A stretch of DNA of 64,000 bases from an uncultured Piscirickettsiaceae bacterium (GTDB taxonomy: Bacteria > Pseudomonadota > Gammaproteobacteria > GCF-002020875). How positions within the stretch are numbered: position 1 is the stretch's first letter; every line of letters starts with the position of its first letter. The DNA is taken from positions 9,013-73,012 of the forward strand of contig CAYFMX010000005.1 in NCBI GenBank assembly GCA_964344325.1, read 5' to 3'. Positions 41,105-49,377 of the stretch are shown here, piece by piece. The position numbers and the translations under genes are program-made. The notes beneath the pieces were generated by a model. It saw nothing but the letters and a program-made list of their open reading frames with translations, was not told the DNA's origin and did no database searches.

Positions 41105-41939
41105 CACTACACAACTCCTCCAGCAGAGGTTTTGCTGGATAATGAAACGTGACCGGGCCATCTGTTTTTCCATCCAGAAATTGCCGCACCCATGCATCCT
41201 GATTCGTTGCCAATTCTGCAGGTGTGCCTCGCGCCACAATATTTTGATCCGCAATCAAATAGACATAATCTGCAATTGTCATCGTCTCTTCTACATCATG
41301 AGAAACAATGATGCTGGTAATGCCTAATGTACGATTTAGTTTATAAATCAAATCCATCAGAACATTTTTAGAAACAGGGTCTTGCCCGGAGAATGGTTCA
41401 TCATAGAGAATAAGCTGTGGATCACGCACAATTGCACGTGCGAGTGCTACCCGACGTGCCATTCCACCGGAAAGTTGTGCAGGCATCAAACGACGTGCTC
41501 CACGCAAACCAACCAATTCCAGTTTTCTCAACACCAGATCGTGGATCATTGATTCTGGCAGTTTCGTATATTCGCGTAACGGAAAGGCGACATTTTCAAA
41601 CACATCCAGATCAGTCAACAATGCGCCGTTCTGGAACAGCATCCCCATTTCTTGTCGTAGCTGGTTCAGTTCGCCACGTTTTAGATTTGGAACAGATTCC
41701 CCCATTACCTCTATAGTTCCAGACTCTGGCACACGTTGTCCGCTAATTAGCTGTAATAATGTAGTTTTCCCGGTACCGCTTGGCCCCATAATTGCGATAA
41801 TTTTGTTCTGTGGAACATCAAGGCTTACATTCTTCAAAATGGCTCGCGCACCATACGTAAACGACAAATTACGGATACGCACCAACAATGGTTTTGGCTT
41901 ACGCTTTTTAGGAGGGGGATACGTTCGATGCTGCGCCAC
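41100..41939 (-). CDS. mlaF: MlaF ABC ATPase
   Basis: Walker A GPSGTGKTT, LSGGMARR signature, Walker B ILYDEPFSGQD. Confidence 0.9.
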   Translation of the reverse strand: MAQHRTYPPPKKRKPKPLLVRIRNLSFTYGARAILKNVSLDVPQNKIIAIMGPSGTGKTTLLQLISGQRVPESGTIEVMGESVPNLKRGELNQLRQEMGMLFQNGALLTDLDVFENVAFPLREYTKLPESMIHDLVLRKLELVGLRGARRLMPAQLSGGMARRVALARAIVRDPQLILYDEPFSGQDPVSKNVLMDLIYKLNRTLGITSIIVSHDVEETMTIADYVYLIADQNIVARGTPAELATNQDAWVRQFLDGKTDGPVTFHYPAKPLLEELCSA

Positions 41940-42129
41940 GCGCCAAATTCTCAGCAGATTTCCGATTAGGAAGCTAAAAAAGGGAGCAGGATAACATTCT
42001 ACTGATTGATCAGAAAATGTTTTTTATCGCTTAAACTTAATCTTTGTGCTCGTATTAGCGCAACGAGTCCAATATAATGAATCCATTTTGTTAATCGGGC
42101 AGTTCAAAATCTACGGAGAAATGATCCTC

Positions 42130-42711
42130 ATGAAAAAATATCCAACATTCTCGCGCACAGTGCTATTGGCTGGCGCACTGACTCTTTCTGCCAGCTCTGT
42201 ATTTGCGGAAGGTGGCTTTATGAGCACAAAAGGCTCCGGTTTTTATGGTTTTCTTACCTATCAAAACAGTGAAGCCGATTCAGGAGACCTTCCCAAAACG
42301 AACTCAACCGAAGAAGAGAATGATCATTTCACTTTAGGCCTCGGTTACTCTCTAAACAAATATCTTGCTATCGAATCCAGTTATATGGATATGGATACTT
42401 TAATTGATCAACAGGATGCCACCAATTACATAGATATTTCCGGATGGAATCTAGGGACTACTTTGTCTATCCCTGCCACAAATAAACTAACAGCTTTTAT
42501 CAAAGGTGGAGTATATTTATGGGATAGGGAAATGAACGGGCCTAGTTATAGTAATCTAGGAAAGGAAGAAGATGGAAGCGATCCTTATTTGGGTATTGGC
42601 TTAGAATATAGTATTAACAAACGTTTTTCTGTCTTGGGCGATTACACTCAATATAAAGTTGACAATATAGATATTGATACTTATAGCGGGGGTATAAAAG
42701 TAGATTTCTAA
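42130..42711 (+). CDS. small outer-membrane beta-barrel protein, paralog 1
   Basis: Signal peptide MKKYPTFSRTVLLAGALTLSASSVFA. Alternating strand pattern. C-terminal …GGIKVDF. 71-ish% identical to the next gene except in three predicted loops. Confidence 0.6.
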   Translation: MKKYPTFSRTVLLAGALTLSASSVFAEGGFMSTKGSGFYGFLTYQNSEADSGDLPKTNSTEEENDHFTLGLGYSLNKYLAIESSYMDMDTLIDQQDATNYIDISGWNLGTTLSIPATNKLTAFIKGGVYLWDREMNGPSYSNLGKEEDGSDPYLGIGLEYSINKRFSVLGDYTQYKVDNIDIDTYSGGIKVDF

Positions 42712-42737
42712 TACTGAGAATAATCTATCTCCCGACA

Positions 42738-42773
42738 AAAAGGCCCTGTTAAAAATATAGGGCTTTTTTATTG
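42738..42773 (+). terminator. rho-independent terminator
   Basis: aaaaaggccctgttaaaaatatagggcttttttatt. Confidence 0.75.
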
Positions 42774-42878
42774 ATTTCATAATGACTTACTTCATATCAA
42801 TCTGTAACTGTAACGGTCAGCTCAACACGGACACGTTATCAACATGAACTGTTCAAAATCTACAGAGAAACGATTCCT

Positions 42879-43481
42879 ATGAAAAAATATCCAACATTTT
42901 CACACACGGTGCTACTGGCTGGTGTACTGACCCTTTCTTCCGGCTCTGTATTTGCAGAAGGTAGCCTTATAAGCACAAAAGGCTCCGGTTTTTATGGTTT
43001 TCTTACTTATCAAAATAGTGAGGCCAGTTCAGATGAAATTACACCATCTAGTCCTCTTGTACCGATAACAACAGATAATGACCATTTTAGCTTAGGCCTT
43101 GGTTACTCTCTGAATAAATATCTTGCTATCGAATCCAGCTATATGGATATGGATACCTTAGTCGCTAGACATGGTTTAGCTCACGATGAGATGGATATTT
43201 CTGGATGGAATCTCGGTGCTGCTTTGTCTATCCCAACTACAGATAAGCTAATCCCCTTTATCAAAGGTGGAATATATTTATGGGATAGGGAAATGAAAGG
43301 AGGTTTATATAGTTATAGTCATCTGGCAGCTATTAAAATGGATGGAAGTGACCCTTACTTGGGGATCGGCTTAGAATACGGTCTTAACAAACGTTTTTCT
43401 GTGATAGGCGATTATACAAGATATAAGGCTGACGATATTGATGTTGATACCTATAGCGGGGGTATAAAAGTGGATTTCTAA
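42879..43481 (+). CDS. small outer-membrane beta-barrel protein, paralog 2
   Basis: Signal peptide MKKYPTFSHTVLLAGVLTLSSGSVFA. Same barrel core and C-terminus. The duplicated unit includes about 30 nt of leader. Confidence 0.6.
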   Translation: MKKYPTFSHTVLLAGVLTLSSGSVFAEGSLISTKGSGFYGFLTYQNSEASSDEITPSSPLVPITTDNDHFSLGLGYSLNKYLAIESSYMDMDTLVARHGLAHDEMDISGWNLGAALSIPTTDKLIPFIKGGIYLWDREMKGGLYSYSHLAAIKMDGSDPYLGIGLEYGLNKRFSVIGDYTRYKADDIDVDTYSGGIKVDF

Positions 43482-43620
43482 GGTTGGAATTTATCTATCT
43501 CCCTACGAAAAAACTCTACCAAAAAACGATTTTTTATTGATCTCAGATCGCTAATCAAAACTATGCACTTTAAGTGCATAGCGGTTAAAGTAGTAAAGCT
43601 GTCAATTGCAGCTATGATTT

Positions 43621-44204
43621 ATGGATTACATGTCCCACCACGGGACAAAACGCAGCCGTCCGCAAGAGTTGGTTCTCGGCACGCTTTCAGTTTTGTCGTT
43701 GCGGATGGATTATTTCCTGCAGGATGATGCCTTTGATGCGCAAACAATTCTGAACAATCCGGAAAAAGGCTATATCTCCCTCTATACGCTGGGGCGCGAT
43801 TATTACAAGGTATTGCACAAACGACTAGACCAGCTGGCGCAAAAAATCCGCGCTGAAATTGTCGATTTTAATTACCGCGCTTTCACCAATAGCGCATCAG
43901 TGCTGGAAAAAGGAATCGCAGAACAAGCCGATTTGGGCTGGATCGGTAAGCACACTAACCTGATTAACCAAGAAGCAGGATCGTGGTTTTTTCTTGGCGA
44001 AATTTATACCGATTTGCCATTAGACACATTTTCCAATTCCCAAAAATCAGAAAGAGAGTCAATGGGAAAAAAATAATGCAAGCGTTGCAAAAACGTCTCG
44101 CCGATCCCGATTGTACGCCACTAGTCACCGAACATGCCCAGTGTGCATTAGCCAGCAGACCCCCTCGCGATTCCAAAGTGTTACTCAGCGGAGAAATGGC
44201 ATAA
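43621..44204 (+). pseudogene. queG: epoxyqueuosine reductase QueG remnant (5'-truncated, Fe-S domain deleted, frameshifted)
   Basis: 43621..44076 encodes the QueG N-domain from …HGTKRSRPQELVLGTLSVLSLRMDYF… to …GWIGKHTNLINQEAGSWFFLGEIYTDLPL. The 4Fe-4S CxxCxxCxxxCP region is absent. C-terminal HEAT-like part (…LQKRLADPDCTPLVTEHAQCALAS…) is in another frame (43983..44204). Confidence 0.7.
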
Positions 44205-44312
44205 AGCCGGCGGTTTTAAACACTGGCGAAACTTGACTTAACGGAACAGTGTTGGTTGTGTACCCTATCCGGTTTTTTCAGCGTTTCCCCAAATTTTACA
44301 AGGATCAGTTCC

Positions 44313-45380
44313 ATGAGCCAGCCCATCACTCTGGTTACCCGACCGCACGGGGAGGAGAGCGTTAGCCGCACGATGATGCTGGTGATCCTCGCGCTTTCAC
44401 CCGCCACATTATTTGGTCTTTACCAGTTTGGCTGGCCGGCAATTAATCTGTTTCTGATCACCGTTTTCACCGCAGTCGCTGCCGAGGCGGTGATGCTCAA
44501 GTTGCGCAACCGCCCGATCAAACTACATTTGATGGATGGTTCTGCGCTGGTCACTGGATGGCTGCTAGCGATGACACTGCCACCGTGGGCACCGTGGTGG
44601 ATCGGTGTACTCGGCAGCCTGTTTGCGATTGTACTGGCGAAGCAACTCTACGGCGGCTTGGGGCAAAATCTCTTCAACCCGGCGATGGTGGGGCGAGTGA
44701 TTCTGCTAGTGTCATTCCCGCTGGAAATGACGCTCTTCATCACTCCACAATCAATTTTCTCCGCCGATGCCCCCGGTTTTTTGGAAGGGGTGCAAATTAC
44801 TTTCGGCAGTATTACTGACGCGCAACACCATTGGGACCAATTCAGCAGTGCAACCTTGTTAAGCCATTTAAGCATTGAGTTAAATCGAGGTGAAACAATC
44901 CCTACTGCAATGGCACATTATTATCAGCCGTGGGAGTTATTTGCTGGTTTTGTTCCTGGCAGTCTCGCGGAAACTTCCGGGCTACTGATTCTACTGGGTG
45001 GATTGTTCCTGCTCCAAAAGCGCGTAATTTCCTGGCATATTCCGGTTTCAATGCTCGGCACATTGATTGTGCTCGCGACGGTTGGCAATCTGATTGCGCC
45101 CGAAACGCATCCGAATGCGTTGGTACATCTGGTCTCTGGCGCAACGCTAATTGGCGCGTTTTTCATTCTCACCGATCCAGTGGGGAGTCCAGCCTCGCTA
45201 CGTGGGCAGATTATCTTTGGGATTGGTGCCGGAGTTTTGCTCTATGTGGTGCGCACTTGGGCTAGCTATCCGGAAGGGATGGGGTTTATCGTGTTATTGA
45301 TGAATGCAACCACACCGCTCATTGACCATTTCATCAAGCCACGTGTGTATGGTGAGGTCAAAAAAGAAGTATCCAGATGA
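44313..45380 (+). CDS. rnfD: Rnf/Rsx electron-transport complex subunit D (RnfD family), stand-alone
   Basis: …AKQLYGGLGQNLFNPAMVGRVILLVSFP… and overall 355-aa polytopic layout match RnfD rather than NqrB. Start at MSQPITLV (44313). Confidence 0.8.
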   Translation: MSQPITLVTRPHGEESVSRTMMLVILALSPATLFGLYQFGWPAINLFLITVFTAVAAEAVMLKLRNRPIKLHLMDGSALVTGWLLAMTLPPWAPWWIGVLGSLFAIVLAKQLYGGLGQNLFNPAMVGRVILLVSFPLEMTLFITPQSIFSADAPGFLEGVQITFGSITDAQHHWDQFSSATLLSHLSIELNRGETIPTAMAHYYQPWELFAGFVPGSLAETSGLLILLGGLFLLQKRVISWHIPVSMLGTLIVLATVGNLIAPETHPNALVHLVSGATLIGAFFILTDPVGSPASLRGQIIFGIGAGVLLYVVRTWASYPEGMGFIVLLMNATTPLIDHFIKPRVYGEVKKEVSR

Positions 45381-45436
45381 ACTCCGGTTACTATATTTTC
45401 TGTACAAATTTCTGTACAAAACTTCTATACAAATAT

Positions 45437-46123
45437 TCACGACACGACTTTGTTCCGAAGATAAACGAGCTGTACCTCTTCTGGCAGTAACAAATTTCCA
45501 GCTTCTACAGCAGGAATTGCCAACTTCGCGATTTCTGCTGCATGGGGCAGTTCATCTCCCAAGACTTCCCCCAAGTGATTAGAAAAACGTGCTTCCAGAT
45601 TTTCCCGATATGTTTTCCAGCCAGAACCAACTCCGACCCACTGTTCGGAAATCTCTGTTTTTAGCCTCGGAATTGGAACGCTATCTGACGGAAGCACTGC
45701 TTCTTCACCGACTAGTTGCGGAAAACCGGCTTCATCTATTTGATAAGTACCCCAATAAACCTCATTCATCCGCGCATCAATTGCCGATAAAATCAGATTT
45801 GCCCCCGTTTGCTCTGCTGCCCGTAACGCCAATGCCGCCAATGAAGAAACTGGAACTACTGGCAACTCCGCGCCAAATGCCAATCCCTGCACAATTCCGG
45901 CAGTGATCCGCAAACCGGTAAAACTGCCCGGCCCACGGTCAAATGCAATAGTATCCAGTTGTTGCAACGAAATATCTGCTTCCGACAACAGCGCATCCAC
46001 CATAGGTAGAATACGATCCGTATGACCACGTGGTGTTTCCTCAAATTGTTCACGCCAATCACCTTCAATATAAAGCGCTGCCGAACAACCTTCAGTGACC
46101 GTATCAATCGCCAGAATTTTCAT
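45437..46123 (-). CDS. tsaB: tRNA threonylcarbamoyladenosine biosynthesis protein TsaB
   Basis: MKILAIDTVTEGCSAALY… YeaZ/TsaB N-terminus. …FDRGPGSFTGLRI…. Confidence 0.85.
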   Translation of the reverse strand: MKILAIDTVTEGCSAALYIEGDWREQFEETPRGHTDRILPMVDALLSEADISLQQLDTIAFDRGPGSFTGLRITAGIVQGLAFGAELPVVPVSSLAALALRAAEQTGANLILSAIDARMNEVYWGTYQIDEAGFPQLVGEEAVLPSDSVPIPRLKTEISEQWVGVGSGWKTYRENLEARFSNHLGEVLGDELPHAAEIAKLAIPAVEAGNLLLPEEVQLVYLRNKVVS

Positions 46124-46446
46124 TGTCAAATCTCTCTATCCATGAATCCAACTCGCAAGTGCAACCATAGCAAAACGGGAAAAGTGCGGTAAGCTGCGGA
46201 AGCATCTGAATCTGCTGCTCTGGTCAAAATGGGAGGCACATATGGGGAATTACACACAGCTCATCAAGAAACAAAGATACCAGCTTGTGGCGTATTTGGA
46301 AGCCGAGTGCGGAGGCTCAAAAATTCATATTTGACGACAGGCTCCAGGATAGCCTCCAGAGTTTTTTTATGGGATGGCAACTTGGGAAACTTGGATAGAA
46401 TTCGTTTTTCACTCCATTTGCTCATTGGACTGAGAGAGAAAAACAC

Positions 46447-47289
46447 TCAAACAGAAAAATAATGTCCCTGCGGATGATGCACCACAATCGCAGAGGTGGA
46501 CTCTTCTGGCCAAAGCTGCTCGTCCTCACTCATCTGCACACCAATACGCTCCGCGCCAAGTAACTCAATGATTTTATGCTGTTCGGACAAATCGGGACAG
46601 GCCGGATACCCAAATGAAAAACGCGCCCCGCGATATTTCTGCTTGATCATCTCCTGAATTTCCCGCGCATCTTCCATCGCGAAACCCAGTTCGGAGCGGA
46701 TCATGCGGTGGATGTATTCTGCCAGCCCTTCTGCCCCTTCGGCGTTGAGACCATGCCAGTAGAGGTATTCCTGATACTGATCAGTCGTAAACAACTCCCG
46801 CGCAAAATCGGAAGCGGATTGTCCGACCGTCACCAATTGCAGCGGCAACACATCCATTTCGCCCGATTCGACCGTGCAGAAAAAATCGGTGATGCAGCGT
46901 TTTTTGTTTTTGGTTTGACGCGGTAATGGAAATCGGCAGCGCTCTTCTTTACTGTCCGGAGCAGCATAAACGATCAACTCTTCCCCATCTGCCTGCGCCG
47001 GAAAATAACCGTAGACTGCCTGTGGCTGGAGGATATTCTGCGCCACGCTTTCGTGCACCAATCGGTTCAGAATTGGATCAACCTCTGTACGCGCCCACTG
47101 TTTGTACTCCTCTTTGGATTTCCCTTTGGGCTTGAAACCCCACTGTACCTTGTAGAGTGCGGTGCGGTTGATATAAGGAACCAACGCCGTCAGCGGCACT
47201 TGCTCCACCACCCGGCTACCCCAAAACGGCGGCTTCGGGATTGGATTGTCGGTTTGTAATTTTGTTGATGTTGTTTCTGCTTCATTCAT
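46447..47289 (-). CDS. stand-alone methionine synthase (MetH) reactivation/AdoMet-binding domain protein
   Basis: …KYRGARFSFGYPACPDLSEQHKIIELLGAERIGVQMSEDEQLWPEESTSAIVVHHPQGHYFSV matches the C-terminal activation domain of B12-dependent MetH. No other MetH modules adjacent. Confidence 0.7.
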   Translation of the reverse strand: MNEAETTSTKLQTDNPIPKPPFWGSRVVEQVPLTALVPYINRTALYKVQWGFKPKGKSKEEYKQWARTEVDPILNRLVHESVAQNILQPQAVYGYFPAQADGEELIVYAAPDSKEERCRFPLPRQTKNKKRCITDFFCTVESGEMDVLPLQLVTVGQSASDFARELFTTDQYQEYLYWHGLNAEGAEGLAEYIHRMIRSELGFAMEDAREIQEMIKQKYRGARFSFGYPACPDLSEQHKIIELLGAERIGVQMSEDEQLWPEESTSAIVVHHPQGHYFSV

Positions 47290-47306
47290 GCTTCAGATGC
47301 TAACGT

Positions 47307-47357
47307 AAAAGCGGATCAATAAAAATTGATAAATATCAATTTTACTGATCCGCTTTG
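47307..47357. repeat. ~50-bp near-perfect palindrome in the intergenic region
   Basis: aaagcggatcaataaaaattgata | aatatcaattttactgatccgcttt. Confidence 0.7.
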
Positions 47358-47462
47358 ATTATATTGCTACAGATTTCGAATTATTGCTGTCATTAAACAG
47401 ATTTCTCATTACGTTCAAAATGACAAATACTCACAAATATCCCTCACAGATATCCTCAATTG

Positions 47463-48197
47463 TTAAACCTTCTTGCACTGGAGCAGCACATGGAATGGAG
47501 GCATGTTGTTGTGTGGCAAACCTCCACCAACTGCGCCGGTATTAGTTCCACGATTTGCATTACCATATCGGCCTGGCATATGTTCCGTCGCAGGGATCGG
47601 TGCCCCCCGATTGTCAGTCCAGTGAACGCTATGACGGTGAGCAGGCAATTCTGCAGTTGTCAATGTATGGCTTTCTGCACCACCCTGCCGCCCCGGGAAA
47701 CGTGCAGAAAGGCCATTGGAACGATTCAGATTTGCCCCAAGCAAAAAACGTCCACGTGCCTGAACAAACTCTTCCCAACCACTCGGGCAACTCCGCAAGT
47801 CAAAAAATGCGACTGTACCCTTTGGAATTTCCATCTGGTTCACAATCAGCTTTGCTTGACCAGTATCCAGACTTGCGATCTTTTTCTGGATATCAGAAAC
47901 GCTCCCTTGCGTCTGTTTAAGTAGTGCACCTATGTTATCCACTACTTGAATATTTGCTTTTGCGCTCAGCGTTGCAGAAATTTCTGACAACTGCTTACTA
48001 CTGGCAGACTGATCTATCTGATAAGTTTCCAACGGAACGACAGTTTTGGACAGATTCTGCTCCACCTTTGCCAGACGTTCTTCCATTGCTTTACGGTCAT
48101 CGCTATCGTTTGTTTTGATCGTAGTAACAATGGCAGAGATGGCCAGCACAACACTGATCCCTGCGATAATGATAGGTGCGCCTGATTGTTCACTCAT
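47463..48197 (-). CDS. membrane-anchored protein with C-terminal phage tail-collar (Collar/MdpB-like) domain
   Basis: N-terminal TM (PIIIAGISVVLAISAIV), coiled-coil stalk. C-terminal …GTVAFFDLRSCPSGWEEF…RFLLGA…GGAESHTLTTAELPAHRH…LPHNNMPPFHVLLQCKKV is the tail-collar domain pattern. Confidence 0.7.
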   Translation of the reverse strand: MSEQSGAPIIIAGISVVLAISAIVTTIKTNDSDDRKAMEERLAKVEQNLSKTVVPLETYQIDQSASSKQLSEISATLSAKANIQVVDNIGALLKQTQGSVSDIQKKIASLDTGQAKLIVNQMEIPKGTVAFFDLRSCPSGWEEFVQARGRFLLGANLNRSNGLSARFPGRQGGAESHTLTTAELPAHRHSVHWTDNRGAPIPATEHMPGRYGNANRGTNTGAVGGGLPHNNMPPFHVLLQCKKV

Positions 48198-48395
48198 GGT
48201 TAATTCTCCTCCTGATGAAAAACCGCAAATAGAAAATCTTCTGTTTTCTTATTTTTTCTGAGACTTTCATTCACAACAATTAAGTCTGCAATTCCGCTCT
48301 ATTCCAAGTTTACATTTTTATTCTATTCAACCACATCTATTTGGTCTGGAAAAACCAGACCCCATTCCAAAATTTAAGAGCTGGAAAAGCTTTGT

Positions 48396-49229
48396 TTATT
48401 CCTTCTCGGCACGTTTTACTACGCGCCAAAGCCGCTCCATCTCGTCAATCGAAAGCTGATCAAATGGCTGACCAGCATCTACTGCCAATTGTTCGATTTG
48501 CCGGAAACGTCGCTCAAACTTATCGGTAGCACGGCGCAACATTCCTTCTGCATCCAGCTTGAGGAACCGCGCCAAATTGGAGACCGCAAACAACACATCG
48601 CCGAACTCTTCTTCCACTTGCGCCGCATTTTCCCCGGAATCATATTGTGGCGACTCAATTTCTGCACGTAACTCAGAAAACTCTTCTTCCACTTTATCCA
48701 GAATTCCGGCGGAATTTTCCCATTCAAAACCGGTTGCTGCTGCTTTCTTGCCGATTTTTACCGCCCGCACCAAAGCTGGAAAATTACGAGGAACGCTATC
48801 TAATACACTATTCTGCGCATCGTTTTTGGAAGTTTCCGCTTTTTCTTGTGCTTTCAGTTGCTCCCACGCCTGAAGCTGCTCTTCTGCGCTACCAATTTTT
48901 GCATCGGAGAAAACATGCGGATTGCGGCGTTCCAGTTTGGCGCAAATGCCGTCCAGCACTTCATCAAAGGTAAATTGTCCCGCCTGACGCATAATTTCGG
49001 TGTAAAAAACAACCTGATAGAGCAAATCGCCCAATTCTTCGCGTAGATGTTCCCAATCTTCACGCTCAATCGCATCAATGACTTCGTAGGTCTCCTCCAG
49101 CGTGTAGGGAACCACCTGCTGACATTCCTGCGAACGTACCCACGGGCAACCGGTTTCTGGATCACGCAATGCTTGCATGATTTCCAACAGACGCGTCATT
49201 TTTTCGGCTGTTTTGTGTGTGGTTGTCAT
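48396..49229 (-). CDS. mazG: nucleoside triphosphate pyrophosphohydrolase MazG
   Basis: Tandem MazG domains (…EETYEVIDAIEREDWEHLREELGDLLYQVVFY… and …EEEFGDVLFAVSNLARFL…). Confidence 0.9.
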   Translation of the reverse strand: MTTTHKTAEKMTRLLEIMQALRDPETGCPWVRSQECQQVVPYTLEETYEVIDAIEREDWEHLREELGDLLYQVVFYTEIMRQAGQFTFDEVLDGICAKLERRNPHVFSDAKIGSAEEQLQAWEQLKAQEKAETSKNDAQNSVLDSVPRNFPALVRAVKIGKKAAATGFEWENSAGILDKVEEEFSELRAEIESPQYDSGENAAQVEEEFGDVLFAVSNLARFLKLDAEGMLRRATDKFERRFRQIEQLAVDAGQPFDQLSIDEMERLWRVVKRAEKE

Positions 49230-49377
49230 TATCTGAGTTTTTTTGAGGATTCCGGAGAAAAAACACAGAGCATACCCAAAAACGAATGTGGCCGTGGATT
49301 TTTGGATTCATGGTACGATCCGCACCGTTTTCAACTTTCAATTTGAAAGGGAAAGATCAAGGAGCAAAGCGGCGCTT

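Noticed and set aside
40705-41327. 145- and 193-aa plus-strand ORFs opposite mlaE/mlaF
   Set aside because: Antisense to well-supported mla genes.
49243-49377. 5' extension of the GCS-family ORF (track start 49243)
   Set aside because: The extension overlaps the divergent mazG promoter region and has no conserved residues. The ATG at 49378 with MGQELQHEHF is taken as the start.
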